DNA of 64,000 nucleotides from Mytilus trossulus (taxonomy: Eukaryota), in assembly GCF_036588685.1 (NCBI RefSeq), contig NC_086376.1, positions 79,959,630 to 80,023,629 on the forward strand, read 5' to 3'. Positions within the stretch are counted from its first letter, which is position 1; each line of letters opens with the position of its first letter. This document shows, one piece after another, positions 1-12,400 of the stretch. The notes beneath the pieces were generated by a model, which saw only the letters and a list, made by a program, of their open reading frames with translations, did not search any database and had not been told where the DNA came from. The position numbers and the translations under genes were made by a program.

Positions 1-447
1 TGACTGTTGTTTGTAAACTTCCCTTGATATCTAGTACTTTTTTTAATTATTTGAATACATAAACAAATTATGTCTGTACTTAATATGACATTTTACAGAA
101 AAAAATAGCTAAATATCGATGGTCTGCAACTCAATCGACATATAAAAAAGCGCGAGTTGATGAAGATTAACGTTCGACAGGAAACTGGTTTTAGTTGTAA
201 TGTAAATACAACGAGTTCGAGATAAACGTGATTCGATAGTGAACCTAACTTTTTTGGAAGAAAATGAAGCTTGATTATTTTTAAAAGTGCCTACATATAA
301 TTTAAAAGTTTGGATTGCTATTGAGATGTCAAAATCTTAAACCAGTTTTATAATTTTGAATACCGGTTACCCATCATGATGTGTGGCTTGCCAGTTGATG
401 ACTGAGATTTAGAATAAATTTGACTATCCAGAGACGAAAATACTTAC

Positions 448-3400
448 TGGAGAATTTGGTATCCCGTCATCATCTATATCATCATCACAAGCGTCACCTA
501 CACCGTCCATGTCCGTATCTTCTTGACCACTGTTTGGAATTACACGACAATTGTCCTTAAAGAGAAGTGGAAAACAGATATTAGACGCGATATTAACAAA
601 AGAATTAATGTAATATTGCCAATTCAGGTAAGACAGAAACGAAAAAACTTCGACAAAACGAACGTTTACAAGATGCCGATAAATTTAATCATAGACAAAA
701 TAAATATAGGAAGATGTGGTGTGAGTGCCCATGGGTCAATTCTTATAAAACTATATAATATTAATGCTTCAGAAATATAGATAGAAAGGTTAATAGGTTA
801 ACGTTTGCTTGCTTAACATTCAGAGAAAGATGAAAGATGAATTTATCTATGACGCATTAAAGTATTTTACATACTCGTAAACATCTAGAGCCAGAACAGT
901 CAAGTGTTTTGTCTGGGACACCGTCAATGTCAAAATCTTCTCCACATATATATCCATCACCAGCGAAACCAATATTACACTGTAAAAATAGTTCAGAAAT
1001 CATTAAAAGTGACCATTTCTGTAGTTTTTTATAACATGTAATTTTGAAGTGAATTTCTATTTCGTTCTTACAAAAAGAAATTTATACGACAGGTTAAATG
1101 GGGAATACTATTTCCATTTAAAAAAACATTGATAAATAATAGTCCTGGTTAAAATGAAATGACAAATTGCATACTGAGTATGCATAGAAATGTAAAAATA
1201 CTATTACTTGACAAAAGAATCCTGCTTTACGTTGGTGCTTTATACATCTGGCATTGATATCACATTCAGATTCCTGGTCAGGACATTTTGTTCCAAGTTT
1301 TTTACAACCGTCTGTCTGGTTTCCATAGTAACCATCAATACAACCTCCACATACAAATGAGCCCTAAAATAACGTTCGATATGCCTTTTTGAATATATAT
1401 AATGTAAAAAATAATATCCGAAAAATGTTACGGAATAATTATACGTTTGTGTATTTTATTATCTTGCTTTCCATACCTAAAACTGTTTTTATTTAAGAAT
1501 CTCGTTTACATGTTAAAACACATAGGTTTCCTTACAGCTTACTCTACTATACTTATGCTACTTAAATTATCTGTTAATGCACTTCTCTGGACTGTTAATC
1601 ATTTGCTATCAATTATTAACTCTAGAACAAAACAGAGCAGAATATAACAAGGGAACATTCAAAACTCATAAGTCAAAGGACAATAGACAAGGCCATGGCC
1701 AGTCGACAAAGGCGTTATCTGTTTTTGGCTGTTCTGTTCATCCACTTTTTGTTCTATCGCTTTCATAATTATTTATTTAGTTTGCATGATCATACCTCCA
1801 TGATGTGTGTGATTCCGGAAACATATGTTGTATGAAGGGACATCATATTATACGATTTTACATGTTTGATTTGAAAGAGTTATGTCTTTTCCAGTATAGG
1901 AAGAAGACATTGTCATATGGAGTAGTAACAGTTCCTGTATTTAAATAATCGTATATGTTTGAGTTATAGCGAAAAAGATAAAAGAAACACAATACTCACA
2001 ACAGTGTTTTGGCACACAGAAAAGTTTGCACATCCTCCATTTTCGATGCTGCAATCGTCAAAATCTGAACAGATCTGTAAATAGTGATATGTTAATAAAC
2101 TACATCAAATTATATACTTTTGTTGTATTTTGTTACATTGTTGTCCTACTTGTGTTCTGTAACCCATGAATTGACTTTTCGAAGTTAAATTACTGTTTGA
2201 CAATGTGACGATCTCGATTTATTACATAATTATGGTACAGTAAGAGTCTTACAGACAGATGAAAAGTGACAAGAGAAATTTACATTTTTGTTGCTCAAGG
2301 ACTTAACATCAGAAAGAACCAGACTTTAATGCTAGCGAACAATGGTGAAACAAAATGGTATTCAAATATTGAATATTCTTAACAATCATTACCAATCAAG
2401 ATGCATTTAAACAAATTAAAGATAGATTGTTGGTTGTGAAAATTTGTCTTTTCGTGTAGTTTAAAAAATCAATCTTCGAAATACCGTATGCCCCATGTAT
2501 CAAAATTATAATGCTACATTCGTCAGGACCTGACAATATATGTAAATGGTTATCTTTAATTGTCTCTTATTGGTGTTTTATATCCTGTTTCCATGTATAG
2601 ACTTTATCGCATTTGTGTATTTACATAATATAATATAATATAAAGTTTGTCTTTTATCTTTTCAGGGTCTAAATAATGTTTTAGTAAAAATAGCAAATAG
2701 TCAATATGAAAATATATACCTGTTGAGTTGTGGTGTCATTTAATCCAACTCCTGTCACAATGGACCCAGTATAACCTGATGGACACTCTGTACAACGGAA
2801 GCCTGGTTCTAAGTTGATACAACTGGACATATTGCTGCATGGATTGGACAGTTCACACTGATTCATACAAATGAAGTTTATACAGTACGACTACTATTTG
2901 TTATACTATGATTAAAACATGGAGCCTACTGTGCACAATGTTGTGACTTCGTTATCAATGGCATATGCAAGACGAACTTGATTCAAGCACTGGCTTGATC
3001 GTAACAAAGACTGACCTTCAGGCAATTCCGAAGCATGTGCATAATTAATTTAGAAGTAAAGGGCAAAAACGAATGTGCTCAAAGTTGGAATAATTTGTCG
3101 TCATGACAAGCAACCCACCATTTTTCTTTAAAATGAAATGGTTATGTGGTGTTCAATCAATTCATCGGATTTTTTGTTTGTTTATTAATAGATACAAGGA
3201 TCGGTATAGATATAAGGTATTATTTTGATTCAGAGATGTTACACTTATACCGACAGAAATCAATTAGCGTACACGATACACGATTTTCTAGAGATTCGTA
3301 ATTTATTTACATGAAATAGAAGTCTGTGATTTTCGAGCATGACCGGATGCGTGCATCAATTTAGTTGTTAACGATATGAAACCAATGGCTAGTGGGTATA

Positions 3401-6400
3401 AATGATTTTTTTTTCTAATATAGGATTTCGCTATATTTTTTCATAAATGAACTTTATTATATACTTAAAAGAAAAATGAAATAAAAAGAAGGGGTCACCG
3501 TTCATTTCAGCTAAAATCTGCCTCTGGAAGAAGCATACATTTGTCCTTTTATTCTGTTGAACTAATAGGAGAAAAAGAGGAAATAAAAAAATAAAAAAAT
3601 AACCTAATATAAGAAACCGCTCAAATTTTACAATAATTTAGTTTATGTACAGCTTATTTGAAAACAATAATAAAAAATATAGGTCACCGATGAGTTAAAA
3701 AAGAAATTTCAAATTAAAGACCAAAAAATGGCATTTTTGCACCAAAGGGAGATAATTTGGAACTTTTTCAATTTTTAAAGACATCTGGGGCCAAACCAAA
3801 TCATTTTTTGGGGTTGTTTTTTGTACCATATCATAAAGTAACAGCTAATAGTGTAATAAATAAAATTTGTAATGATAAAAAAAATAAAGGTTTAATCTTT
3901 GCTAAAATTTTGTACCCACGAGCCACCTTAATATCTTTTAAAGTAAATATGAATTTTGAATTTATAGAAAACCTATATTTATCTTTGTTATAATTTTGGA
4001 AAATATTTCAATTACATACCTCATCTATGTCTGTACAGTGGGTACCATTTCCCTCGAAACCAGGCGGACAGTTGCCACAAATATATCCATCTGTGATATC
4101 ATCGCATGTTGCACCAGGAAAACAAGGACTAGGACTGGAACTGCAAGTAACAGGAAGTGACATACAGCCATTAATTGTCCCGTTTCCAGTCATCCCACTT
4201 GGACACGCTCCGCACTGGAAACCATCCTCTGTATTTGTACACACAGATCCTTCAAAACATGGCTGGGACGAGCACGTAATAATTATTGTGGCACATTCGT
4301 TTTTCAAACCAGTTCCGGTTTTACCAGATGGACACGCACCACATGTAAATCCAGTCTCTGTTTCAGAGCATTCTACTCCGTCATCACAAGGTTCTGAACT
4401 ACATGATGGCATGCATCCATCCCTTTCACCGTTACCTTTCATTCCTTCTGGGCAAGCGCTGCATTCATATCCATCCTTTGTGTCATTGCACAGAACTCCC
4501 TCAAAGCATGGATTTGAATTGCAACCAATAATAATCTTTTTGCAGTTGTCTTTGCTTCCATTTCCGGTTAACCCGATTGGGCAGTGCCCACATATATGTC
4601 CTGATTTTGTATCTGTACATGATACATTGTCAAAACATGGATATTTATCACATTTTATTATAGGTAACTTGCATCCGTTTTTTGTTCCATCGCCTTCCAT
4701 TCCGGACGGGCATTTCCCACATTTATAGCCTTTCCTGGTATTTGTGCATAAGACACCTTTAAAATTCAAAAAAAATATTACACAAAACACGTCAACTATC
4801 AATGGATGGAATCGATCTTTCGTAAAAAAAATTGTTTTACTATATCATATTTAATTGATATATGCAAAATTGAAAATGGAAATGGGGAATGTGTCAAAGA
4901 GACAACAACCCGACCAAATATAAAAAAAACAGCAGAAGGTCACCAACAAGTCTTCAATGTAGCGAGAAATTCCCGCAACCGGAAGCGTCCTCCAGCTGGC
5001 CCCTAAACAAATATATACTAGTTCAGTAATAATGAACGCCATACTAATTTCCAAATTGTACGCAAGAAACTAAAATTAAAATAAAACAAGACTAACAAAG
5101 GCCAGAGGCTCCTGACTTGGGACAGGCGCAAAAATGCGGCGGGGTTAAACATGTTTGTGAGATCTCAACCCTCCCCCTATACCTCTAACCAATGTAGAAA
5201 AGTAAACGCATAACAATACGTACATTAAAATTCAGTTCAAGAGAAGTCCGAGTCTGATGTCAGAAGATGTAACCAAAGAAAATAAACAAAATGACAATAA
5301 TACATAAATAACAACAGACTACTAGCAGTTAACTGACATGCCAGCTCCAGACTTCAATTAAACTGACTGAAAGATTAGGATTTCATCATATGAACATCAG
5401 GCACAATCCTTCCCGTTAGGGGTTTAGTATCATACCATTATAACATATATGAGAAGAACATAACCCATGTGAATGTTTTATATGTCTTTTACCACTTTGT
5501 TTTAATTGCTTTGTTCTTTTATTTTATGTTTACCTCTTTACAATTCTTTTTTTTTTATATTTTAACAAATACAGTGTTTGCCTCATTCAGTTTGATAAAC
5601 TGATCATAGATACCAGGTTTGAAATTGTGTACGCCAGACACGTGGTTCGTCTTCAAATGACCCCGCAGATGCCCGAATTAAAAATGCTAGATAAAGTACA
5701 AATTTAAGGACCCATAACTTTGAAAGGTTTGCAAAATTTAAAGTTTTGTAACCAGTAAATTTGTAATTATGACCATATAAATGATACTTCATGTCATCAC
5801 ATTAGTTCTGACTGACTATTGGGCTGGTGATACTGTAGAGGACTAAACCTCCACCGTGCAGCAGTTGAATCGATCCAGTATGGCTGTAAACACAAGCAGT
5901 TGTCTCCAAATAAAATACCTTAGGTGTATATCAAGAAAACATTTCAGAGACAAGAGCCTGTGTTTTATTATTATAAATAAACTCATCAGTGATGTCAAAA
6001 TTATATTTTGGGTGGTTCTGTGTCTTGAAACATTAGTATTTCTATAAAAGAAACAATAACTACTAGAAAAAAAGGTGGAAAAAATCCCGATTTCTAAAAA
6101 AGAAAATAACATGTGATCATCCTGTGTTCTCATCTTTTTTTTTTTGCAGTGATTTTTCTCATTTTAGTCAATACATGACTTTTATTTTGTTCGTTCCTTT
6201 ATATTTTAAAAACACTGATTCACTCCTGTTCTTGGTACAATATTTTGAGTTCATTGTACGTGTCATTTTTCGTTTCAAAATAAGTAAATCATGTACCTTT
6301 AAAACAAGGCTGCAGTTTACAGTTAGGCCGCAAAAAACACTTTTTACCATTTCCTTTGAAACCTGGCGGACATTTTCCACATTTAAAACCTCTCTTTGTG

Positions 6401-9400
6401 TTTTTACAGGACACTCCCTTGGAGCATGGATTATCAGCACATGTTAACTTCTTTAAAATAAGCTGGTCCCGTGGAGCTAAAATAATTACAGGAAAAACTG
6501 AGGTGTTTTATGAAGTCTAATTTACATATCTCTATATAATCCTGTTTATATGTGGTATATTTAAACTAAGCTGCACGGTTACTCTGGTACGATGATGTTC
6601 CATGCAAAAAATTGTCCGATTATGTTTTACTATAACAACCGTGCTTACCTTAACATAATATATACAATATACTGAGTCTGGGTCGTGGCTTCAAACTCCA
6701 GATTGAACAGAGACAGTTTAGAAGGGAAATAGTGTTCAACTGTTACATTTGTAATACTAATTATTTAATGGTTACTCAGCAATAGTTCCGTGTTAACAAC
6801 TTCTTAAAATTCAACAGAAAGTACAAGTAATTTTCGTTTCTGTGCATGTTGCATTGTCGTTTGTTTTTGGTTACATATCAGTGTTTCTGTTTCGTTATTT
6901 TCTCATTATGTTGTTGTGTTTTCTTCGGTACTAGTACTTGTTTGTAATCAAAATTTGATTTCTCTGAACCGATTTATGACTTTTGAACAGCGGTATACCA
7001 CTGTTGCCTTTATTTATATGAAACTGACTGACACAAAACTCTCTATAAAATATTGCTATTTTTCAGGTATTCAAAAACGCTATGTCTACTCACCTCGCTC
7101 CGAAAGTACAGTACACATATCACATTTGTTGATGATTTCCCGAAGAGATCGCGTTTCAGTAGCCTAAAATGGATATTTTGCAAGATGGAGATAGTCTGCT
7201 AACTTGATTCGCTCAATATGTTCATACTAACACATACCCAAAAATAATATTCCTATTAGTAATAATAGTTATCAATAGTACCAGGACTATAATTTAGTAC
7301 GCCAGACGCGCGTTTCGTCTACATAACCTCATCAATGACGCTCATATCAAAATATTTAAGTACAAAGTTGAAGCGTATTGAGGATCCAAAATTCCAAATA
7401 GTTATCAAAAGTACCAGGATTATAATTTTATACGCCAGACGCGCGTTTCGTCTACATAAGACTCATCAGTGACGCTCAGATCAAAATAGTTAAAAAGCCA
7501 AATAAATACAAAGTTGAAGAGCATTGAGGATCCAAAATTCCAAAAAGTTGTGTCAAATACGGCTAAGGTTATCTACTCCTGGGGTAAGAAAAACCTTAGT
7601 TTTTCTAAAAATTCACAGTTTTGTAAACAGAAAATTTATAAAAAGGACCATATAATTGATATTCATGTCAACACCGAAGTGCTGACTACTGGGCTGGTGA
7701 TACCCTCGGGGACGAAACGTCCAAAAAGTTGTGCCAAATACGGCTAAGGTTATCTATGCCTGGGATAAGAAAATCCTTAGTTTTTCGAAAAATTTGTAAA
7801 CAGAAAATTTTAAAAAATGTCCACATTATTGATATTCATATTAACACCGAAATGTTGACTACTGGGCTGGTGTTACCCTCGAGGACGAACCGTTCACCAG
7901 CAGTAGCATCGACCCAGTGATGTAAATAGTAATCAAAAGTACCAGGATTAACAGTTATGAATTGATAATCAAGTAATTTGGTTATTATAAACTTTTATTT
8001 ATGCATTTTTCATAAGAAATACACTTAAAATGGTCTCGCTGATTTATGAAAGGAACTGTAAAGTGATATATCGACCTAGTGTATGAAGAAATGTTATAAC
8101 GAACAATGTAGCTTTAAGCAAAAACTTTAAATATGATTTCTGATCATCAGGCGACACCAAAATTATAGATTTGTGCCTCATAGTTTAACGGTCACTGGAC
8201 TAGTCTTATCATTGAATGTATAATAAAATGTTGATGAAAAGTAAAACAACAAAAATACCGAACTCCAAGGAATACTCACAACGGAAAGACCCTAGTCAAA
8301 TGACAAAATCTAAAGTTCAAACCCATCGAACGAATGGACAACAACTGTCATTTTCTGTGAAACCTCTCACTTGTATGACAGTCGCATAAAATTCCATTAT
8401 ATTGACAACGATTTTGAACAAAACATACAGACTCAACAGTTTCAATTCTGTAAAAAACGTTTCAAGTTCATAAAAAGAAAGAGCCCAGCTAGATTTATGT
8501 TAGGAACAAAATGTTAACATCGATTGTGATACCACTCCGGTCTTATAATGAATATCTAAACGCAAGACAAGAAACACTCAAAACATTGTACTTAGAAAGT
8601 ACATGTTCATATTTAATTTGCCGAAAATGTTTGTGGTCTCGTATTTACAGATCAATCAATGCACGTGGGAAATCAGATCATTAATGATGTAAATATATGC
8701 GTATAGTTTTAAGTATTGACAATCTAGATTGTAAATACAATCAAACCTGCTTTTTAATTTCCTCTTGTAGTGATTTCACTGAAGTTGTCAACTCTTTCAA
8801 AGCATCTGTCAGCAGATTGTTGACATCTTGAACTAAAAAAAAAGAATATGAAAATCACTATTGTCAACTATAAATACAAGTGAATAAGAGTGCGCGAGTC
8901 TCCAATTAACATGAATGACACCAATGCCTTTCTGTCTCCGGCCCATATAAAAAAGATGTGATATGATTGCCAATGAGACAACTATCCATAAGAGACCAAA
9001 TGACACATATAGGTCACCACACGGCCTTCAACAATGAACAAAGCCCATGCCTCATAGTCAGACATAAAAGGCCCCGAAATAACAAATGTAAAAAAATTCA
9101 AACGAGGAAACTAACGGTCGAATTTATGTACAAAATATAAACGAATTGTCGTTTGTTGATGTGTTGCATCAACAAACGACTATCATTAAATTAACAGTCA
9201 ATTTCCTTTCAACCATCAACCATGCATCTTAAACCAGTGCATATTAAACCTTGTCATTTGATTTCTTTTGCAGAGACTGATATACTTTCAATACTTACCA
9301 CACTAGTCAATGGACAAAACTGAATGCAACCGTATGGAAATCAACGAGGAGCGAAAAGTGAATATCATGAACACATAATTAAACTTGGCAGAATTTTAAA

Positions 9401-12400
9401 TATTTGTATCCCATTGTTTCGAAAAATCAAGAAGAGAGCTTAAACAGAAAGGCACACACTGAGCTTACCAGAAGAATGGAAGTGAACCCATTACATTTTA
9501 ATAAAGTAAGTTCAGACCGTAAGTTAATCTTTTCAATATATATTTTGGTTTCATATGTTATTGGTTTGCTGTCTCATTGACGCATGCTCGACAGCTCCTT
9601 TTCTTTATAGTAAACTTTATATATTTACAATGATTGACAGTTTCCGTTTCTGTCCTATAACCACCACCACCATTCGTCTGCTTATTTGGATCATCTGGAC
9701 CTTTGATTACATTGATTTCCACTCCCCTAAATTCCCTGGCAGGAATTACGTTAGAGACTTCATTCCGTTGCCTTGTAATTGGAATTCCGTCCCTTTCCGG
9801 TACAGTTATTACTTGTGATGAACGCTGGCGGGATTTTGGAAGTGGCAAATATGGTCTTTGGGTCGGTCTTGTGAACGATGGTTGTGGTGTACTACAGTGT
9901 TGTCTCTTTAAAATCATATGAATGTCTGCATTCCAGTAGAAGTTGAATTCATCTTCTTTCTTCTGTAAACAAATGAAACATATGAAAATCCAATCTGTGT
10001 AAAGAATGTGTCAATTATTGTGTCGTCTTTACTACATTGGATCGGAAAACTAACGTCAGTGCTGACACGGTTGGTGAGTACTTTAGTATGCTTTTGATAT
10101 TTAAGAATCGTAATCAGAGCTACATTGCTACAATGACACAGATCGAAGTAGCTACTACTAACCTCAGTTTTACTCGATTGATAATAGTTTTTTGTTACTG
10201 TATAATTTTTCAATGATAATAAATTGTTAATACTGATTCAGTGCATCTGGTAAATAGTTTATCATTTATACTTAAATTTTGCGTACATATTTCACCTTTG
10301 GACAGGTAACAAATGCCTAATAACCATTAATTAAGTAAAAGCAGGTAAGATCATGTGTCTGCACAGCTGTCGAAACAGACGTCTTAAAAAGCAACTGCAT
10401 GTTTCAGTAATGAAATTCAATTATATTAATAGAATAAACATGTTGGAAGGAATATAACATCAATGCAAATATTGTATCACAACCCCTACTTTTTGGCGCT
10501 TCCCCCACCTTGTTATAGTCATTTTCGAAGAATGCAGAAAAGTGAGTTTTAAAAAGTTGTATTTCACTTAATTTGATAAAAATGGAGATAGCTATACTAA
10601 TATTTGATAACCAGGTGCAATGGTATATCTTGCTTTATATACTAGAATATCTATAATGCGAGATTTCTACATTCTAAAAGTTTTTGTTAAACTATATGCT
10701 GTTCTATATCATCACTCCCATTGAATAATAACAGGTTATTTTTGCGGTTAAATACTTATCAAAATTAGTACAGTTGTTCTTTGCTTTAATTGTTTGCATG
10801 GTTTAAACTCAATCTTTGATTAATGCTTAGCAAAATAACTTCCTGAATGGATTGAGGATAATACACAATTGTAAAATCCATGATCTATCTTCAATAGAGA
10901 TGAGGGGATGACATTTTAAAACGACATTGTTTGTCTTGACCACCTTCCATCTCCAGAAATGGTGGTCTTTTATATATTATATGTGCTTGTCTATTCAAAA
11001 GACAATTGAAAAAAACAGTTACTCTTCATGTCCGTGACTTTTTATATCTTCATTTTTGTCAAATATTTAGGATATTGCGTTTTTAAACTTTATGTTCCAA
11101 TTAGACTTACAACATTGTAACACTCACAAAACGATATATAGTGTTGGGTTCGAGCCTGTAAAATTATAAACTTACAATTGCTTGTTTACCATACAACATT
11201 GCTTTGAATGGTAATTTTGACCTGGTTTGACCTTGGCGCACACAATTTACGTAGAGATCAGCAACATTTCGCTGCCGAAATAGATTGTGAAAATGAATGA
11301 TCATCTTAATTCCATCTGTAGTTTTCAGCAATGGTGTTTGGAATGTCATGGAATCATCGCCAACAGCTCGTGAAGACGATCTAATGATAACTGAAAAAGA
11401 CCAGTAAGAAAATGCATACATGATGAAGAAAACATATAATCACAATTGTTGAAAAAAAAATCGCTAACTAATGAGTAACGGCAAGATTATATTGTCCTGT
11501 TTTTTGTTTCATGCAGATGTTTTATTGCTAAAATATTGTCTCCACTACAAAATGATTGACTTTTTTATACACGAGAATGAGAAAGCTATTGTAGATGTAG
11601 GCTGCTAAGATAAACGTCATCCTTATCTTTTCTTTAATTATAAATAACTTGCACTTTTTGGTGTTCAAATTAGTATTGAATTAATCCTGTGGTTTTGTGA
11701 TTTTGAACTAAAATTACAAAATGTGTGTCACATTTTCATAATAAGAATAATCAATGTAACCGGGTGTTTTCAAAATCATATATATTCCTTAATGTGCGTT
11801 ACCTTGATTTACATTAAAATCTATATACACTGCAAACTGTGTCCCTGCAACAAAATCCTGTCCACTAAACAGGAATGTAACACCAGACCTCTGGACACTG
11901 GAAGGGGGTAATTCTCCACTAAGAAAAACATCTTCCGTTCTTGAAAATACTTCGTACAGTTCATTATCAGCAGCTAGAAAAAAAACATAGGGAGATTTGA
12001 CAATTTAAAAAACGATTTAAAATTTTGCACATTAGTGGCACCTAATATAAAAATAAGGAGATGAATGAGTCAACTATCCAACAAAGTACGAGTGAAATAG
12101 ATGTAGGCAATTGTAAGTAACGTTCAACAATGAGAAAAATCCATACCGTAAAGACGGCTTTAAAAGGCTACGACATAAAAAATATGAAAAAATTCAATTG
12201 AGAAAAATATCATTTAAAAGTCACAACTGTCCTTGATCAGTTAATGGAGTCTGTGTAATAAAGAAAGGATGCCAATGGCGTCGAAATTATACACATATGA
12301 AATTGAAGAGATTTAGTAAGATTGAGAGTGAGACAACTATCAGAACAAATGTCGAGTATATAGACAAATATAAGTCATCGTTTGGTCATAAACAATAAGC

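Larger units (their letters stand above)
7265..7950 (-). mobile_element. Head-to-tail retrozyme-like repeat (family B, monomer about 355 nt) carrying hammerhead ribozymes
   Basis: Start motif atagttatcaaaagtaccaggatta occurs at about 7265, 7398 and 7926; internal duplication 7540-7722 / 7721-7895; two hammerhead motifs. Confidence 0.8.

Noticed and set aside
4027-4728. 233-aa plus-strand ORF
   Set aside because: Antisense shadow of the Cys/Gly-rich EGF exon.
4806-5054. Short ORFs in repeats (also 7514, 15813, 19682, 25483, 31886, 46574, 57577)
   Set aside because: They lie in non-coding dispersed repeats and show no protein motifs or splice support.
8135-8160. Other CTGATGA...GAAA matches (also near 13250 and 49332)
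   Set aside because: No convincing helices I, II and III around the core, so not called hammerheads.
9299-9330. Possible micro-exon in thrombospondin intron 4
   Set aside because: It would introduce TAG in the required phase.
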